Position numbers and translations under genes: made by a program. The notes under the pieces are model-generated. The model did not search any database. It had not been told where the DNA came from and saw nothing but the letters and a program-made list of their open reading frames with translations. This document shows positions 7,030-15,800 of a DNA stretch of 42,254 nt, in pieces. Numbering within the stretch: the first letter of the stretch is position 1; every line of letters begins with the position of its first letter. This DNA comes from Acidimicrobiales bacterium (GTDB lineage: Bacteria > Actinomycetota > Acidimicrobiia > Acidimicrobiales > VFJN01), in NCBI GenBank assembly GCA_035707385.1, contig DASSUD010000322.1:1-42254 (forward strand). The letters are read 5' to 3'.

Positions 7030-8255
7030 ACGGGCTCCACGATCAGCGACGCGTTGTGCCCGCCGAAGCCGAAGGAGTTGGACATCACGGCGCCGGCGGG
7101 CAGCGCCCGCGGCTCGCCGTGCACGACGTCGATGTCGATCTGCGGCTCGGACCGCTCGTAGTTGGCCGTCGGCGGGGCCTCGCGGTGGTGCATGGCGAGC
7201 ACCGCGGCGACGAGCTCGACGGCCCCCGCGCCGGCGATCAGGTGCCCGGTGACGCCCTTGGTGGAGGTCACCGGCGGGGCCGCGTCGCCGAAGACCTTGC
7301 GGATCGCGATCGCCTCGACCCTGTCGTTGAGCCTGGTCGAGGTGCCGTGGGCGTTGATGTGGGTGATGTCGGCGGGACGCAGCCCGGCCGCGGCGATGGC
7401 GCCTTCCATGCACGACACGGCGCCGGCGCCGTCGGCTACGGGCATCACCAGGTGGTGGGCGTCGGTGCTGGCGGCGTAGCCGGAGAGCCGGGCGTAGGGT
7501 CGGGCGCCCCTGGCCCGGGCGTCGCCCAGGCGTTCGAGCATCACGAACGCCGCGCCCTCCCCCATGACGAAGCCGTCGCGTTCGACGTCGAAAGGCCGCG
7601 AGGCGCGGCCCGGGTCCTCGAGGCGCCGGCTCGTGGCCTGGAGGTTGGTGAAGGCGGTGAGCGCGTAGGGCGTCATCGTGGCCTCGGTCCCGCCGGCCAG
7701 CGCCGCCCGGGCCCGCCCCGAGCGGATCATCTCGTAGGCCTCGCCGATGGCGTGGGCGCCGCTGGCGCAGGCTGTCGATATGGAGAGCGACGGGCCCCGC
7801 CAGCCGAGCCTGATCGCCACCAGGCCGGCTGCGGCGTTGGGCATGGTCGTGGGCACCACCAGGGGGCTGACCCGGGTTGGGCCACCCTCGAGGTACTGGC
7901 GGCCCTGCGTCTCGGCCGTGCGCTGCCCGCCGATGCCGTTGCCGACGACGACTGCGGCGCCGGCCGCGTCGGGCACCGGGCTGCCCGCGTCCTCGTACGC
8001 GGTCATGGCGGCCGTGAGGGCGTACTGCGCGAACGGGTCGAGCCGCCGGGCCTCCTTGGTGGTGACCACGGTGCAGTCCTCGAAGCCCTGCACCGGGCAC
8101 CCCATCGGCACGCTCAGCCCGGCGTACTGCGGTTCGTCGAGCACGCGGGCGGCGGAGGCGCCCACGCACAGGCCGGACCAGAAGTCGTCCAGCGTGCAGC
8201 CGACGGGGGACACCACGCCCATTCCCGTAACCACGATCGCATCGTCTGGTTCCAT
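7026..8255 (-). CDS. fabF: Beta-ketoacyl-ACP synthase II (FabF/KAS II-type elongating KS)
   Basis: Track ORF 7026..8360; likely start is ATG 8255..8253 (MEPDDAIVVTGMGVVSPVG). Cys-His-His triad motifs are present: ISTACASGAHA, NAHGTSTRLND, STKGVTGHLIAGAG, plus NSFGFGGHNASL. No obvious SD upstream, so the start is uncertain. Confidence 0.9.
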   Translation of the reverse strand: MEPDDAIVVTGMGVVSPVGCTLDDFWSGLCVGASAARVLDEPQYAGLSVPMGCPVQGFEDCTVVTTKEARRLDPFAQYALTAAMTAYEDAGSPVPDAAGAAVVVGNGIGGQRTAETQGRQYLEGGPTRVSPLVVPTTMPNAAAGLVAIRLGWRGPSLSISTACASGAHAIGEAYEMIRSGRARAALAGGTEATMTPYALTAFTNLQATSRRLEDPGRASRPFDVERDGFVMGEGAAFVMLERLGDARARGARPYARLSGYAASTDAHHLVMPVADGAGAVSCMEGAIAAAGLRPADITHINAHGTSTRLNDRVEAIAIRKVFGDAAPPVTSTKGVTGHLIAGAGAVELVAAVLAMHHREAPPTANYERSEPQIDIDVVHGEPRALPAGAVMSNSFGFGGHNASLIVEPV

Positions 8256-8499
8256 CGGATGGCGAGTGTGGGGCGTAATTGTGTTGAAGTCCAGAAATGC
8301 ATACAGCGTGCAAATAGCCGTGCGACGGGCCTGCGACCGAACCGGCTCATGGACAGCCACCCTGCTCTACACGCAGATGTGCTGGTAGACGCCGTCTGTT
8401 GCGCGCTCGTTGCGCGTGATGACGCACCCTTGCCGCCGCATCGCCGACGTCATACGGCGATCAGGTCGTGGGCAGAGGATCTTCTATCGGGAGGGTGCA
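8256..8499. promoter_or_regulatory. Divergent intergenic/promoter region between the fabF operon (-) and the ACP-fabH operon (+)
   Basis: This is the longest non-coding gap in the cluster and is visibly less GC-rich (e.g. taattgtgttgaagtccagaaatgcatacagcgtgcaaatag). It contains direct repeats at 8398-8416 and a perfect 7-bp inverted repeat, ATCGCCG-N8-CGGCGAT, at 8440-8461. GGGAGGG (8489-8495) sits before the ACP ATG. Confidence 0.6.
8398..8416 (+). promoter_or_regulatory. Two perfect 8-bp direct repeats GTTGCGCG with 11-bp periodicity (candidate SARP-type activator site)
   Basis: The sequence reads ctGTTGCGCGctcGTTGCGCGtga, with repeats at 8398-8405 and 8409-8416. It lies about 85-100 nt upstream of the ACP start at 8500. 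Confidence 0.35.
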
Positions 8500-8763
8500 A
8501 TGACGAACATGCCGACATTGGACGAGGTGCTCGACCAGCTCAAGCAAATCGCCGACGTCGACGATATCGACCCCGACCGACCGGTGATCGAGCTGGAGGA
8601 GGTCGACTCACTGGACCTCATGGAGTGGCTCTACAGCGCCCGCGAGGACTACGGGCTCGAGGTCGACGAGGCCATCTTCGACGACCTGCAGGAGACCTCG
8701 ACCCTGCGGGACGTCTACAGCATGATCAGCGGCTCGGCCGGGGCCGCAGCCGCCGGCGCCTGA
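8500..8763 (+). CDS. Acyl carrier protein
   Basis: In frame within track ORF 8410..8763; ATG 8500 follows GGGAGGG. MTNMPTLDEVLDQLKQIADVDDIDPDRPVIELEEVDSLDLMEWLYS carries a DSLD Ser motif and is acidic, as ACPs are. Confidence 0.85.
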   Translation: MTNMPTLDEVLDQLKQIADVDDIDPDRPVIELEEVDSLDLMEWLYSAREDYGLEVDEAIFDDLQETSTLRDVYSMISGSAGAAAAGA

Positions 8764-8775
8764 GCGCCGAGCCGC

Positions 8776-9774
8776 GTGGTCGGGATGGGGAGCGGCTTCG
8801 GGGTCACCGGCTGGGGCCACGCCACGCCGGCGGGCCGGGTGACCAACGCCGAGCTGGCGAGCCGGTTCGGCATCGAGGAGCGCTGGATCGTCCGCCGCAC
8901 CGGCATCCACGAGCGCCGCGTGGTCGGGCCCGGCGAGACGACCGCCTCGCTGGCGGTGGCCGCCGGCAGGCAGGCCCTCGAGCGCGCCGGGCTGGACGGC
9001 GCCGACATCGCCCACCTCGTCCTGGCCACCGCCACTCCCGAGCAGCCGTGCCCGGCGACGTCCGCGCTGGTGCAGCACGAGCTGGGGGTGGCGGGCAGCG
9101 CCCACGACGTCAACGCCGAGTGCTCCGGGTCGGTCTACGGGCTCGTCACCGCGGCCGGGCTGATGGCCCTGCGACCCGGCCCGGTCCTGCTCATCGGGTC
9201 CGACACCCACTCGCCGCTGGTCCACCCCGACGACCGCGACCTGTCGGTGCTCATCGGCGACGGGGCGGGGGCAGTCGTGCTCGAGCCCCGCGACCCGGGC
9301 TGGATGCTGGCCTGGGACCTGGGCAGCAACGGCGCGGCCTACCACAGCCTGGAGGTGCGCGCCGGTGGCAGCCGCCTGCCCACCACCGTGGCCACCGCCG
9401 AGGCCGGCCTGCACTTCGCGCGGATGAACGGCAACGACATCTACCTCAAGGCGGTCACCTACAGCGTGCGGTCGGTGCGGGCGACGCTGGCCGCCGCCGG
9501 TGTCAAGGCCGCCGACGTCGACCTGGTGGTGCCCCACCAGGCCAACGCCCGCATCGTGCGATCGATCGCCGAGCACACGGGCCTCGACCAGGACCGGGTG
9601 GTCGACACGCTGGCCCGCTTCGGCAACACCGGCGCGGCCTCGGTCCTGTTGAGCCTGGCGGTGGCCCTCGACGACGGCCGCGTGCGCGCGGGCGACGTCG
9701 TGCTGCTGGCGGCGTTCGGCGCAGGCATGAGCTGGGGCAGCGCCCTGCTCGAGTGGGACCGGAAGGAACTGTGA
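8776..9774 (+). CDS. fabH: Beta-ketoacyl-ACP synthase III (FabH/KAS III)
   Basis: ORF 8776..9774, 332 aa (GTG start; alternative ATG at 8785). Motifs: VTNAELASRFGIEERWIVRRTGIHERR, NAECSGSVYG (active Cys), VVPHQANARI (His), FGNTGAASV (Asn). Confidence 0.9.
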   Translation: MVGMGSGFGVTGWGHATPAGRVTNAELASRFGIEERWIVRRTGIHERRVVGPGETTASLAVAAGRQALERAGLDGADIAHLVLATATPEQPCPATSALVQHELGVAGSAHDVNAECSGSVYGLVTAAGLMALRPGPVLLIGSDTHSPLVHPDDRDLSVLIGDGAGAVVLEPRDPGWMLAWDLGSNGAAYHSLEVRAGGSRLPTTVATAEAGLHFARMNGNDIYLKAVTYSVRSVRATLAAAGVKAADVDLVVPHQANARIVRSIAEHTGLDQDRVVDTLARFGNTGAASVLLSLAVALDDGRVRAGDVVLLAAFGAGMSWGSALLEWDRKEL

Positions 9775-9776
9775 CC

Positions 9777-10541
9777 ATGGGACGACAGACCGACACCGGC
9801 CCCGGCAGCCGCCGCCCCGACGAGCCGCTCGCGCTCGTCGTCGGCGCCTCCGGTGCCCTCGGGCGGGAGATCGCCCTCGAGCTCGACCGCCTCGGCTGTG
9901 CGCTCGCCCTCCACTACAACGCCGGGCCCGAGGCGGTGAAGGAGCTCGACGGCGTGCTGCGGCGGCCACCGCTCCTGGTCCAGGCCGACATCTGCTCGTG
10001 GGACGAGGTGCGGGACATGCACGCCACGGTGGTGGCCGAGCGCGGCCACCCCGCGGTTCTCGTCAACTGCTCGGGCATCCGCCGCGACACGCTGATGGCG
10101 GTGCAGGCGCCCGACCAGTGGCGCCGGGTCATCGACGTCAACCTGATCGGCACCTTCCACACCTGCAAGGCCGTGCTGCCGCGCATGCTGAAGGAGCGGT
10201 GGGGCCGCATCGTCAACGTCGTCTCGCCCTCGGGGCTCATCGCCAGCCCCGGCCAGACCGCGTACTCCGCCTCCAAGGCGGGGGTGATCGGGCTGACCCG
10301 CTCGCTGGCGGCCGAGTGCGGCCGCCGGGGCGTCACGGTCAACGCCCTGTCGCCCGGGTTCATGGAGACCGCCATGACGGCGGACGTCCCCGAGGGGGTC
10401 AAGGACATGATGAGGCAGCGGCTGCCGATCCCGAGGTTCGGGTCGCCCGCCGAGGTCGCCGCCGGCATGCGGCTGTTCCTCGACGGCGACTACATGACCG
10501 GCCAGGTCGTCAGCATCGACGGGGGGATCTCGATCACATGA
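9777..10541 (+). CDS. fabG: 3-oxoacyl-ACP reductase (FabG-type SDR)
   Basis: C-terminal part of the chimeric track ORF 7056..10541. ATG 9777 lies 2 nt after the fabH stop. Motifs: VVGASGALGREIA (Rossmann), YSASKAG (Y-x3-K), PGFMETAM. Confidence 0.9.
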   Translation: MGRQTDTGPGSRRPDEPLALVVGASGALGREIALELDRLGCALALHYNAGPEAVKELDGVLRRPPLLVQADICSWDEVRDMHATVVAERGHPAVLVNCSGIRRDTLMAVQAPDQWRRVIDVNLIGTFHTCKAVLPRMLKERWGRIVNVVSPSGLIASPGQTAYSASKAGVIGLTRSLAAECGRRGVTVNALSPGFMETAMTADVPEGVKDMMRQRLPIPRFGSPAEVAAGMRLFLDGDYMTGQVVSIDGGISIT

Positions 10542-11383
10542 CCGCGCACGGCAGCAACGGGCAGGCCCGGGCGGGGCTCCTCGCCGGCCGCCACATCCTC
10601 GTCACCGGGGTCCTCACCCCCCACAGCCTCGCCTTCGCCGCGGCCCGCGAGGCGATCCACGAGGGCGCGGAGGTGGTGCTGACGTCCTACGGCAAGGCCC
10701 GGCGGCTGGCCGAGCGGGCGGCCCGCACGCTCGACCCCGCCCCCGACGTGCTGGAGCTCGACGTCACCGACCCCGACCACTGGGCGGCGCTCACCGCCGA
10801 CCTCGGGGACCGCTGGCCCCGCCTCGACGGGGCGTTGCACGCCGTCGCGTACGCGCCGCCGAGCTGCCTGGGCAAGGGGATGCTGGGCGTCCCCTGGGAC
10901 GACGTGGCGCTCACCCTGCGGATCTCGACTTTCTCGCTGGCGTCGCTCGCCGAGCTGGCCGTCGCCCTGTCCGACGATGGCCGTGGCTGCTCGATCGTCG
11001 GCCTCGACTTCGACAACCGCCAGGCCTGGCCGAACTACGACTGGATGGGCGTGGCCAAGTCCGGCCTCGAGTCCACGAGCCGGTACCTGGCCCGGGACCT
11101 GGGGCCCCGGGGGATCCGGGTGAACCTCGTCGCCGCCGGCCCGCTCCGCAGCACGGCCGCCCGGTCGATCCCGGCGTTCGCCACCAACGCGCCCCGGTGG
11201 GTCGAGCAGGCGCCCCTCGGCTGGGACCCGGACGACCCCGCGCCCGTCGGGCGGGCCTGCGTCGCCCTGTGGTCGGACCTGCTGCCCGCCACCACCGGCG
11301 AGATCGTCCATGTCGACGGCGGCTGCCATGCCGTGGGCGCTCCGTCCGAGCCCGGCCGGGCCTACGCCGCGGAGGCGTCGTGA
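10538..11383 (+). CDS. fabI: Enoyl-ACP reductase, FabI/InhA type
   Basis: In frame within track ORF 9998..11383; ATG 10538 overlaps the fabG stop (ATGA). Motifs: ILVTGVLTPHSLAF, YDWMGVAKSGLES (Tyr-x6-Lys dyad as in InhA), IRVNLVAAGPLRS, GEIVHVDGG. Confidence 0.85.
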   Translation: MTAHGSNGQARAGLLAGRHILVTGVLTPHSLAFAAAREAIHEGAEVVLTSYGKARRLAERAARTLDPAPDVLELDVTDPDHWAALTADLGDRWPRLDGALHAVAYAPPSCLGKGMLGVPWDDVALTLRISTFSLASLAELAVALSDDGRGCSIVGLDFDNRQAWPNYDWMGVAKSGLESTSRYLARDLGPRGIRVNLVAAGPLRSTAARSIPAFATNAPRWVEQAPLGWDPDDPAPVGRACVALWSDLLPATTGEIVHVDGGCHAVGAPSEPGRAYAAEAS

Positions 11384-12741
11384 GCGCGCCGCGGCGCGCC
11401 GCCCTGGGCGCGGCGCTCCTGCTGGCCGCGGCCTCCTGCGGCGGCGGCGACTCCGGCGACGCGGGCAGCGAGCCCGCCGCCGCCCAGGAGACCGCCGCGT
11501 GGCGCCACGCGGGCTACGACCTGGGCAACTCCCGGGCGGCGGCCGGCGAGACCGCGATCGGGCCGGACACGGCCGCCGACCTGTCGCCGCGCTGGGAGCT
11601 GTCCGACGTCCTCGGCGTGTCCGGCACCCCGGTGGTGGTCGACGGGATCCTCTACGTCGGCGACTGGACGGGTCACGTGCGCGCCCTCGACGCGGGCGAC
11701 GGCACCGAGGTGTGGGACCACGCCTTCGGGGACCAGCCGGTCCCGGGGGCCGTGGCCCTCGACGGCGAGCGGGTGTTCGCGGCCTCGGCATCCGGCGAGC
11801 TGCGCGCCCTCGATCGCGCCAGCGGCGACGAGCAGTGGACGGTCCGGGTCGACGAGGACCCCAGCGCCATGGTCTACGGGTCGCCCGTCCACGTCGGCGG
11901 GCGCGTCGTGGTCGGGGTCGCGAGCGACCAGGAGCTGACCGGCGAGCCCCCCACGTTCCGGGGCAGCGTGGTGGCCTACGACGCTGCCAGCGGGGACGAG
12001 GTGTGGCGCTACCGGACCTCGGACGCCGCCGCCGGCGAGGGCCCGGGCGTCGGCGTGTGGTCCTCGCCCGCGGTCGACGAGGAGGCGGGCCGCCTGTACA
12101 TCGGGACGGCAAACAACACCGCCCCGCCCGCGTCGCCGCGCAGCGACTCGGTGATCGCCCTCGACGCCGGCACCGGCGAGCAGGTGTGGGCGGTCCAGCT
12201 GACGGCCGGCGACGTGGCCACGACGGGCGACGTGGGGGCCACGCCCAACCTGCTCACCGTGGGCGGCGTTCCGGCCGTGGGCGTGGGCGACAAGAACGGC
12301 GTGTACCACGTGCTCGACCGCGCCAGCGGCGCCGAGCTGTGGGCGGCCCAGCTGACCGAGGGCAGCCTGCTCGGTGGCGTGACGGGATCGGCCGCGGTGG
12401 CCGGCGACACGATCTTCGTGGCCTCCAACCGGGGCGGCACGACGGCCGACCTGTTCGCCCTCGGGCTGGACGACGGCGCGCTGCGGTGGCAGGTGCCGGT
12501 GGGCGGGGCCGTCAGCGGCTCGGTGAGCTGGGCCAACGGGGTCGTCTACGTGTCCGACAGCAGCGGCCGGGTCCACGGCTTCGACGCCCGCTCCGGCGAC
12601 GAGGTGTGGTCGCACGAGCTGCCGGCCACGGCGGCCGGGGGCATCTCGGTCGTCGACGGCATGGTCTACGCCGGTGCCGGCTGGTGGTTCGGCAGCGAGA
12701 CGCCCGACATCGCGGGGGGCCTGGTCGCCTTCGGCCTGTAG
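11380..12741 (+). CDS. Secreted PQQ-like (BamB-type) beta-propeller lipoprotein
   Basis: In frame within track ORF 11197..12741; GTG 11380 overlaps the fabI stop (GTGA). Signal/lipobox: VSAPRRAALGAALLLAAASCGGGD. Repeated propeller blades are visible: G.V.ALDA.DG.EVW, LRALDRASGDEQW, VVAYDAASGDEVW, VIALDAGTGEQVW, VHGFDARSGDEVW. Confidence 0.8.
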   Translation: MSAPRRAALGAALLLAAASCGGGDSGDAGSEPAAAQETAAWRHAGYDLGNSRAAAGETAIGPDTAADLSPRWELSDVLGVSGTPVVVDGILYVGDWTGHVRALDAGDGTEVWDHAFGDQPVPGAVALDGERVFAASASGELRALDRASGDEQWTVRVDEDPSAMVYGSPVHVGGRVVVGVASDQELTGEPPTFRGSVVAYDAASGDEVWRYRTSDAAAGEGPGVGVWSSPAVDEEAGRLYIGTANNTAPPASPRSDSVIALDAGTGEQVWAVQLTAGDVATTGDVGATPNLLTVGGVPAVGVGDKNGVYHVLDRASGAELWAAQLTEGSLLGGVTGSAAVAGDTIFVASNRGGTTADLFALGLDDGALRWQVPVGGAVSGSVSWANGVVYVSDSSGRVHGFDARSGDEVWSHELPATAAGGISVVDGMVYAGAGWWFGSETPDIAGGLVAFGL

Positions 12742-12742
12742 C

Positions 12743-12773
12743 GAGGTCGCGGGGCCTCGGGTGGGCGACCCTC
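12743..12773. terminator. Imperfect GC-rich hairpin between convergent genes (candidate bidirectional terminator)
   Basis: GAGGTCGC-ggggcctcgggtgg-GCGACCCTC; the arms pair with one bulged base. It lies between the PQQ-like stop (12741) and the NRPS stop (12806). There is no T-tract. Confidence 0.25.
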
Positions 12774-12805
12774 CAACGCCCGCCCGGGCCCCGCTCCGCG
12801 TCCGC

Positions 12806-15800
12806 TCAGCGGTGGTGCCGGCCGAGGTGGCGCAGGCGGTCGGCCATGGCCCCGGCCAGGGCCTCGACCGTGCCCGCCCGGTGCCGGTGGCGGCCGTGGG
12901 CCCACTCCAGGTGGAGCCGGTGGTCGAGGACGAAGCTGTTGATCTCCAGCAGATGCGCACGGCGGGCGGCCGGAGCCTGCAGCCAGGCCGGCGGGTACGG
13001 GCACTGGCGGAACGGCGCCCCCGGGGCCAGGTGGTCGAAGCGGCCGGCGTAGTTGAACGCCAGCTCCGGGGCGGGAACCGCCACCGCCGCCCGGACGCCC
13101 GGGTCGGGGTGGGCATGGCGGAGCCAGCCGTACGAGGCGCCCCGGTGGGGGACGGACGCGAGCGTTGCGCCGACGGACCGCAGCGTGGCCGCTTCGCCGA
13201 AGCGCACCGGGAACAGGCTGGCGAACCAGCCGACCGTGTAGCTGAGGTCGACGTCGTCGCCGGGCACCTCGCCCCGGCCGTGACCCTCCAGCTCCACCAC
13301 GGCCCCGGGCTCGCCCCGCCAGTCCTCCAGCGCGCCCAGCAGCCCCGTCAGCAGCACCGCGCCGACCGGCACGCCCGCCTCCCGGGGTACGGCGCGCACG
13401 ACGCGGTCCGTGTCCTCGGGCCCGAGGCTCAGCCGGGTCAGCACGATGTCCCGCACCGTGTTCCCGCCGTGGCCGTCGACCGGCAGCGGCGCCCCCGCCT
13501 GGGTGGACCAGAACGCGACGTCGGGGTCGAGCGCCCCGCGGGCGACCGCGGCACCCACTGTCCCGACCCAGCGCGACAGCGGCGCCGAGCGCCGGGCCGG
13601 TCCGCCGGGGCCGGCCGCGTGGGCGTGCCGCAGCTCCTCGAGCAGCACCCGCCACGACACCGCGTCCACGACCAGGTGATGGAGCACCACGAGGAGATCG
13701 CGCCGGTGCCCGTGATCGAACAGGGCTGCGGCACCCAGGGCGCCGGCGCCCGGGTCGAGCGACCGGTGGGCCGCGACGGACGCGTCGGTGCGGACCCGCT
13801 CGACGTCGTCCGCGGCCAGGCCGCGCAGGTCGACGTGCGCGACCGGCACGACCGGCGGCCCGTCGGCGTAGCTCTGGGTCCACTCGCCGCCGGGGTCCCG
13901 GGCGAAGCGGAGGCCGAGCTCGGGATGGCGGGCCACCACCGCGGCGAGCGCGGCGAGCAGCCGGTCCGGGACGCAGGCCGGGGCGAGCTCCAGCAGCACG
14001 GCGTCGTTGAAGTACGCCGGCTCGGCGAAGTCCTGGGCCCAGAACCAGCTCTGCGCCGGGGTCAGGGCGAAGGCGCCCGGGCCAGCCGGCTCCGGGCCGC
14101 CGCCGGCGGCCGCGACCGGGCCCGGGGCTGCCGCGAGGTGGGCCGCCAGCTCGGCCACGGTCTGGTGCTCGAACAGGTCGCGGGGCGCGAGCCGCAGGCC
14201 ACGGGTCTCGGCGTGCACCACGACCTGCATGGCCAGGATCGAGTCGCCGCCGAGCTGGAAGAAGTTGTCGGTGACGCCCACCGGCCCCCCGGCCAGCACC
14301 TCCTGCCAGAGGGCGGCGATGCGGGCCTCCAGCGGAGTGCGGGGCGCCACCGCGCCGTCGCCGGCGGGACGGGCGGGGAGGCGCCCGGCCTCCGCGGCCA
14401 GCACCTGCCGGTCGACCTTCCCGTTGCCGTTGACGGGCAGCGCGTCGCGGGCCACGAACGACGAGGGCACGAGCCCGGGGGGCAGGAGCCCCGCCAGGTG
14501 GGCGCGCAGGTCCGCCGCCCCCGGGACCCCGGGGCCGACCACGAAGGCGATGAGCCGCCGGCCGCCGTGGCCGCCCGCCTCGGAGGCGACGACGGCGGCG
14601 TCGACGACCGCCGGGTGGCGGCGCAGGGCGTCCTCGATCTCGCCCGGCTCGACCCGGACGCCGTTGACCTTGACCTGGTCGTCGATCCGCCCCCGGAACT
14701 CGAGCCGGCCGTCCGGCCGGCGGAGGCCGAGGTCGCCGGTCCGGTACAGCCGGCCCCGGCCGGACGGGTCGAACGGGTCGGGCACGAAGCGCGCCGCCGT
14801 CTCCTCGGGCCGGTTGAGGTAGCCGCGGGCCACGCCGACGCCCCCGATGGCGATCTCGCCGGGCACGCCCGGCGGGACGGCGCGGCCCCGGCGGTCGAGG
14901 ACGTGCACGGTCGTGTTGGCGATCGGCACCCCCAGGGGCACGGGCCCGGATCCGCCCGGGACGCCGGGGCCCGGCCGCTCGCACAGCCAGTACAGCGAGT
15001 CGATGGCGGTCTCGGTCGGGCCGTACACGTTGTACAGGTCGGCGCCGAGGCGGTCGTGGAACACGGCGGGGAGCGTGACCGGCATCGCCTCGCTCCCGCA
15101 CAGGACGAAGCGCAGGGCCCCGCAGCCGGCGATCCCCGGCTCCTCCAGGCACAGGGTCAGCAGCGACGGCACGAACTCCGTGCCGGTGATGCGGTGGGCC
15201 GCCAGCGCAGCCACCACCGCCGCGGGCGAGGCGAGCTCCGCATCGGTGGCGATGATCGCCCGACCGCCCGCGAACAGCGGGGCGAACAGCTCCCACACGA
15301 CGACGTCGAAGGTGAAGGGCGAGTTGACCAGGATGCGGTCGCCGGCGCCGATCCCGTAGGCCTCGACGGCCCAGCGCACCCGGTTGACGATGCTGCGGTG
15401 CTCGACGGCGACACCCTTGGGCCGGCCGGTCGAGCCCGAGGTGTAGAAGACATGTGCCAGGTCCCGCGTCGTCGCCGGGCAGGCCACGGCGGGGGGAGGT
15501 CCGTCGGCCGCGGGTTCGTCGAGCCAGACGACGGCACCGCCGGGGACCGACGGCGCCCACGCCGGGGCCGTCACGACTCCGGCCGCGCCGGTGTCGTCCA
15601 GCACCATCGCCACCCGGGACGCGGGCCAGGCCGGATCGAGCGGGACGAACGCCCCGCCGGCTTTGGCCACGCCCAGCATCCCCACGGCCATCGTCAGCGA
15701 GCGCCCGCACAGCACCCCGACCGCCTGCCCCGGCCCCACCCCGGCTGCCCGGAGCCGGGCCGCCAGGCGGCACGCCCGGGCGTCGAGCTCGGCGTAGGTG

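Noticed and set aside
7056-10541. 1161-aa plus-strand ORF running from inside fabF to the end of fabG
   Set aside because: It is a chimera. Only the last ~254 codons (FabG, from 9777) look like protein. The upstream part is antisense to the KS gene and out of frame with ACP and FabH, and has Arg/Gly/Pro-rich composition.
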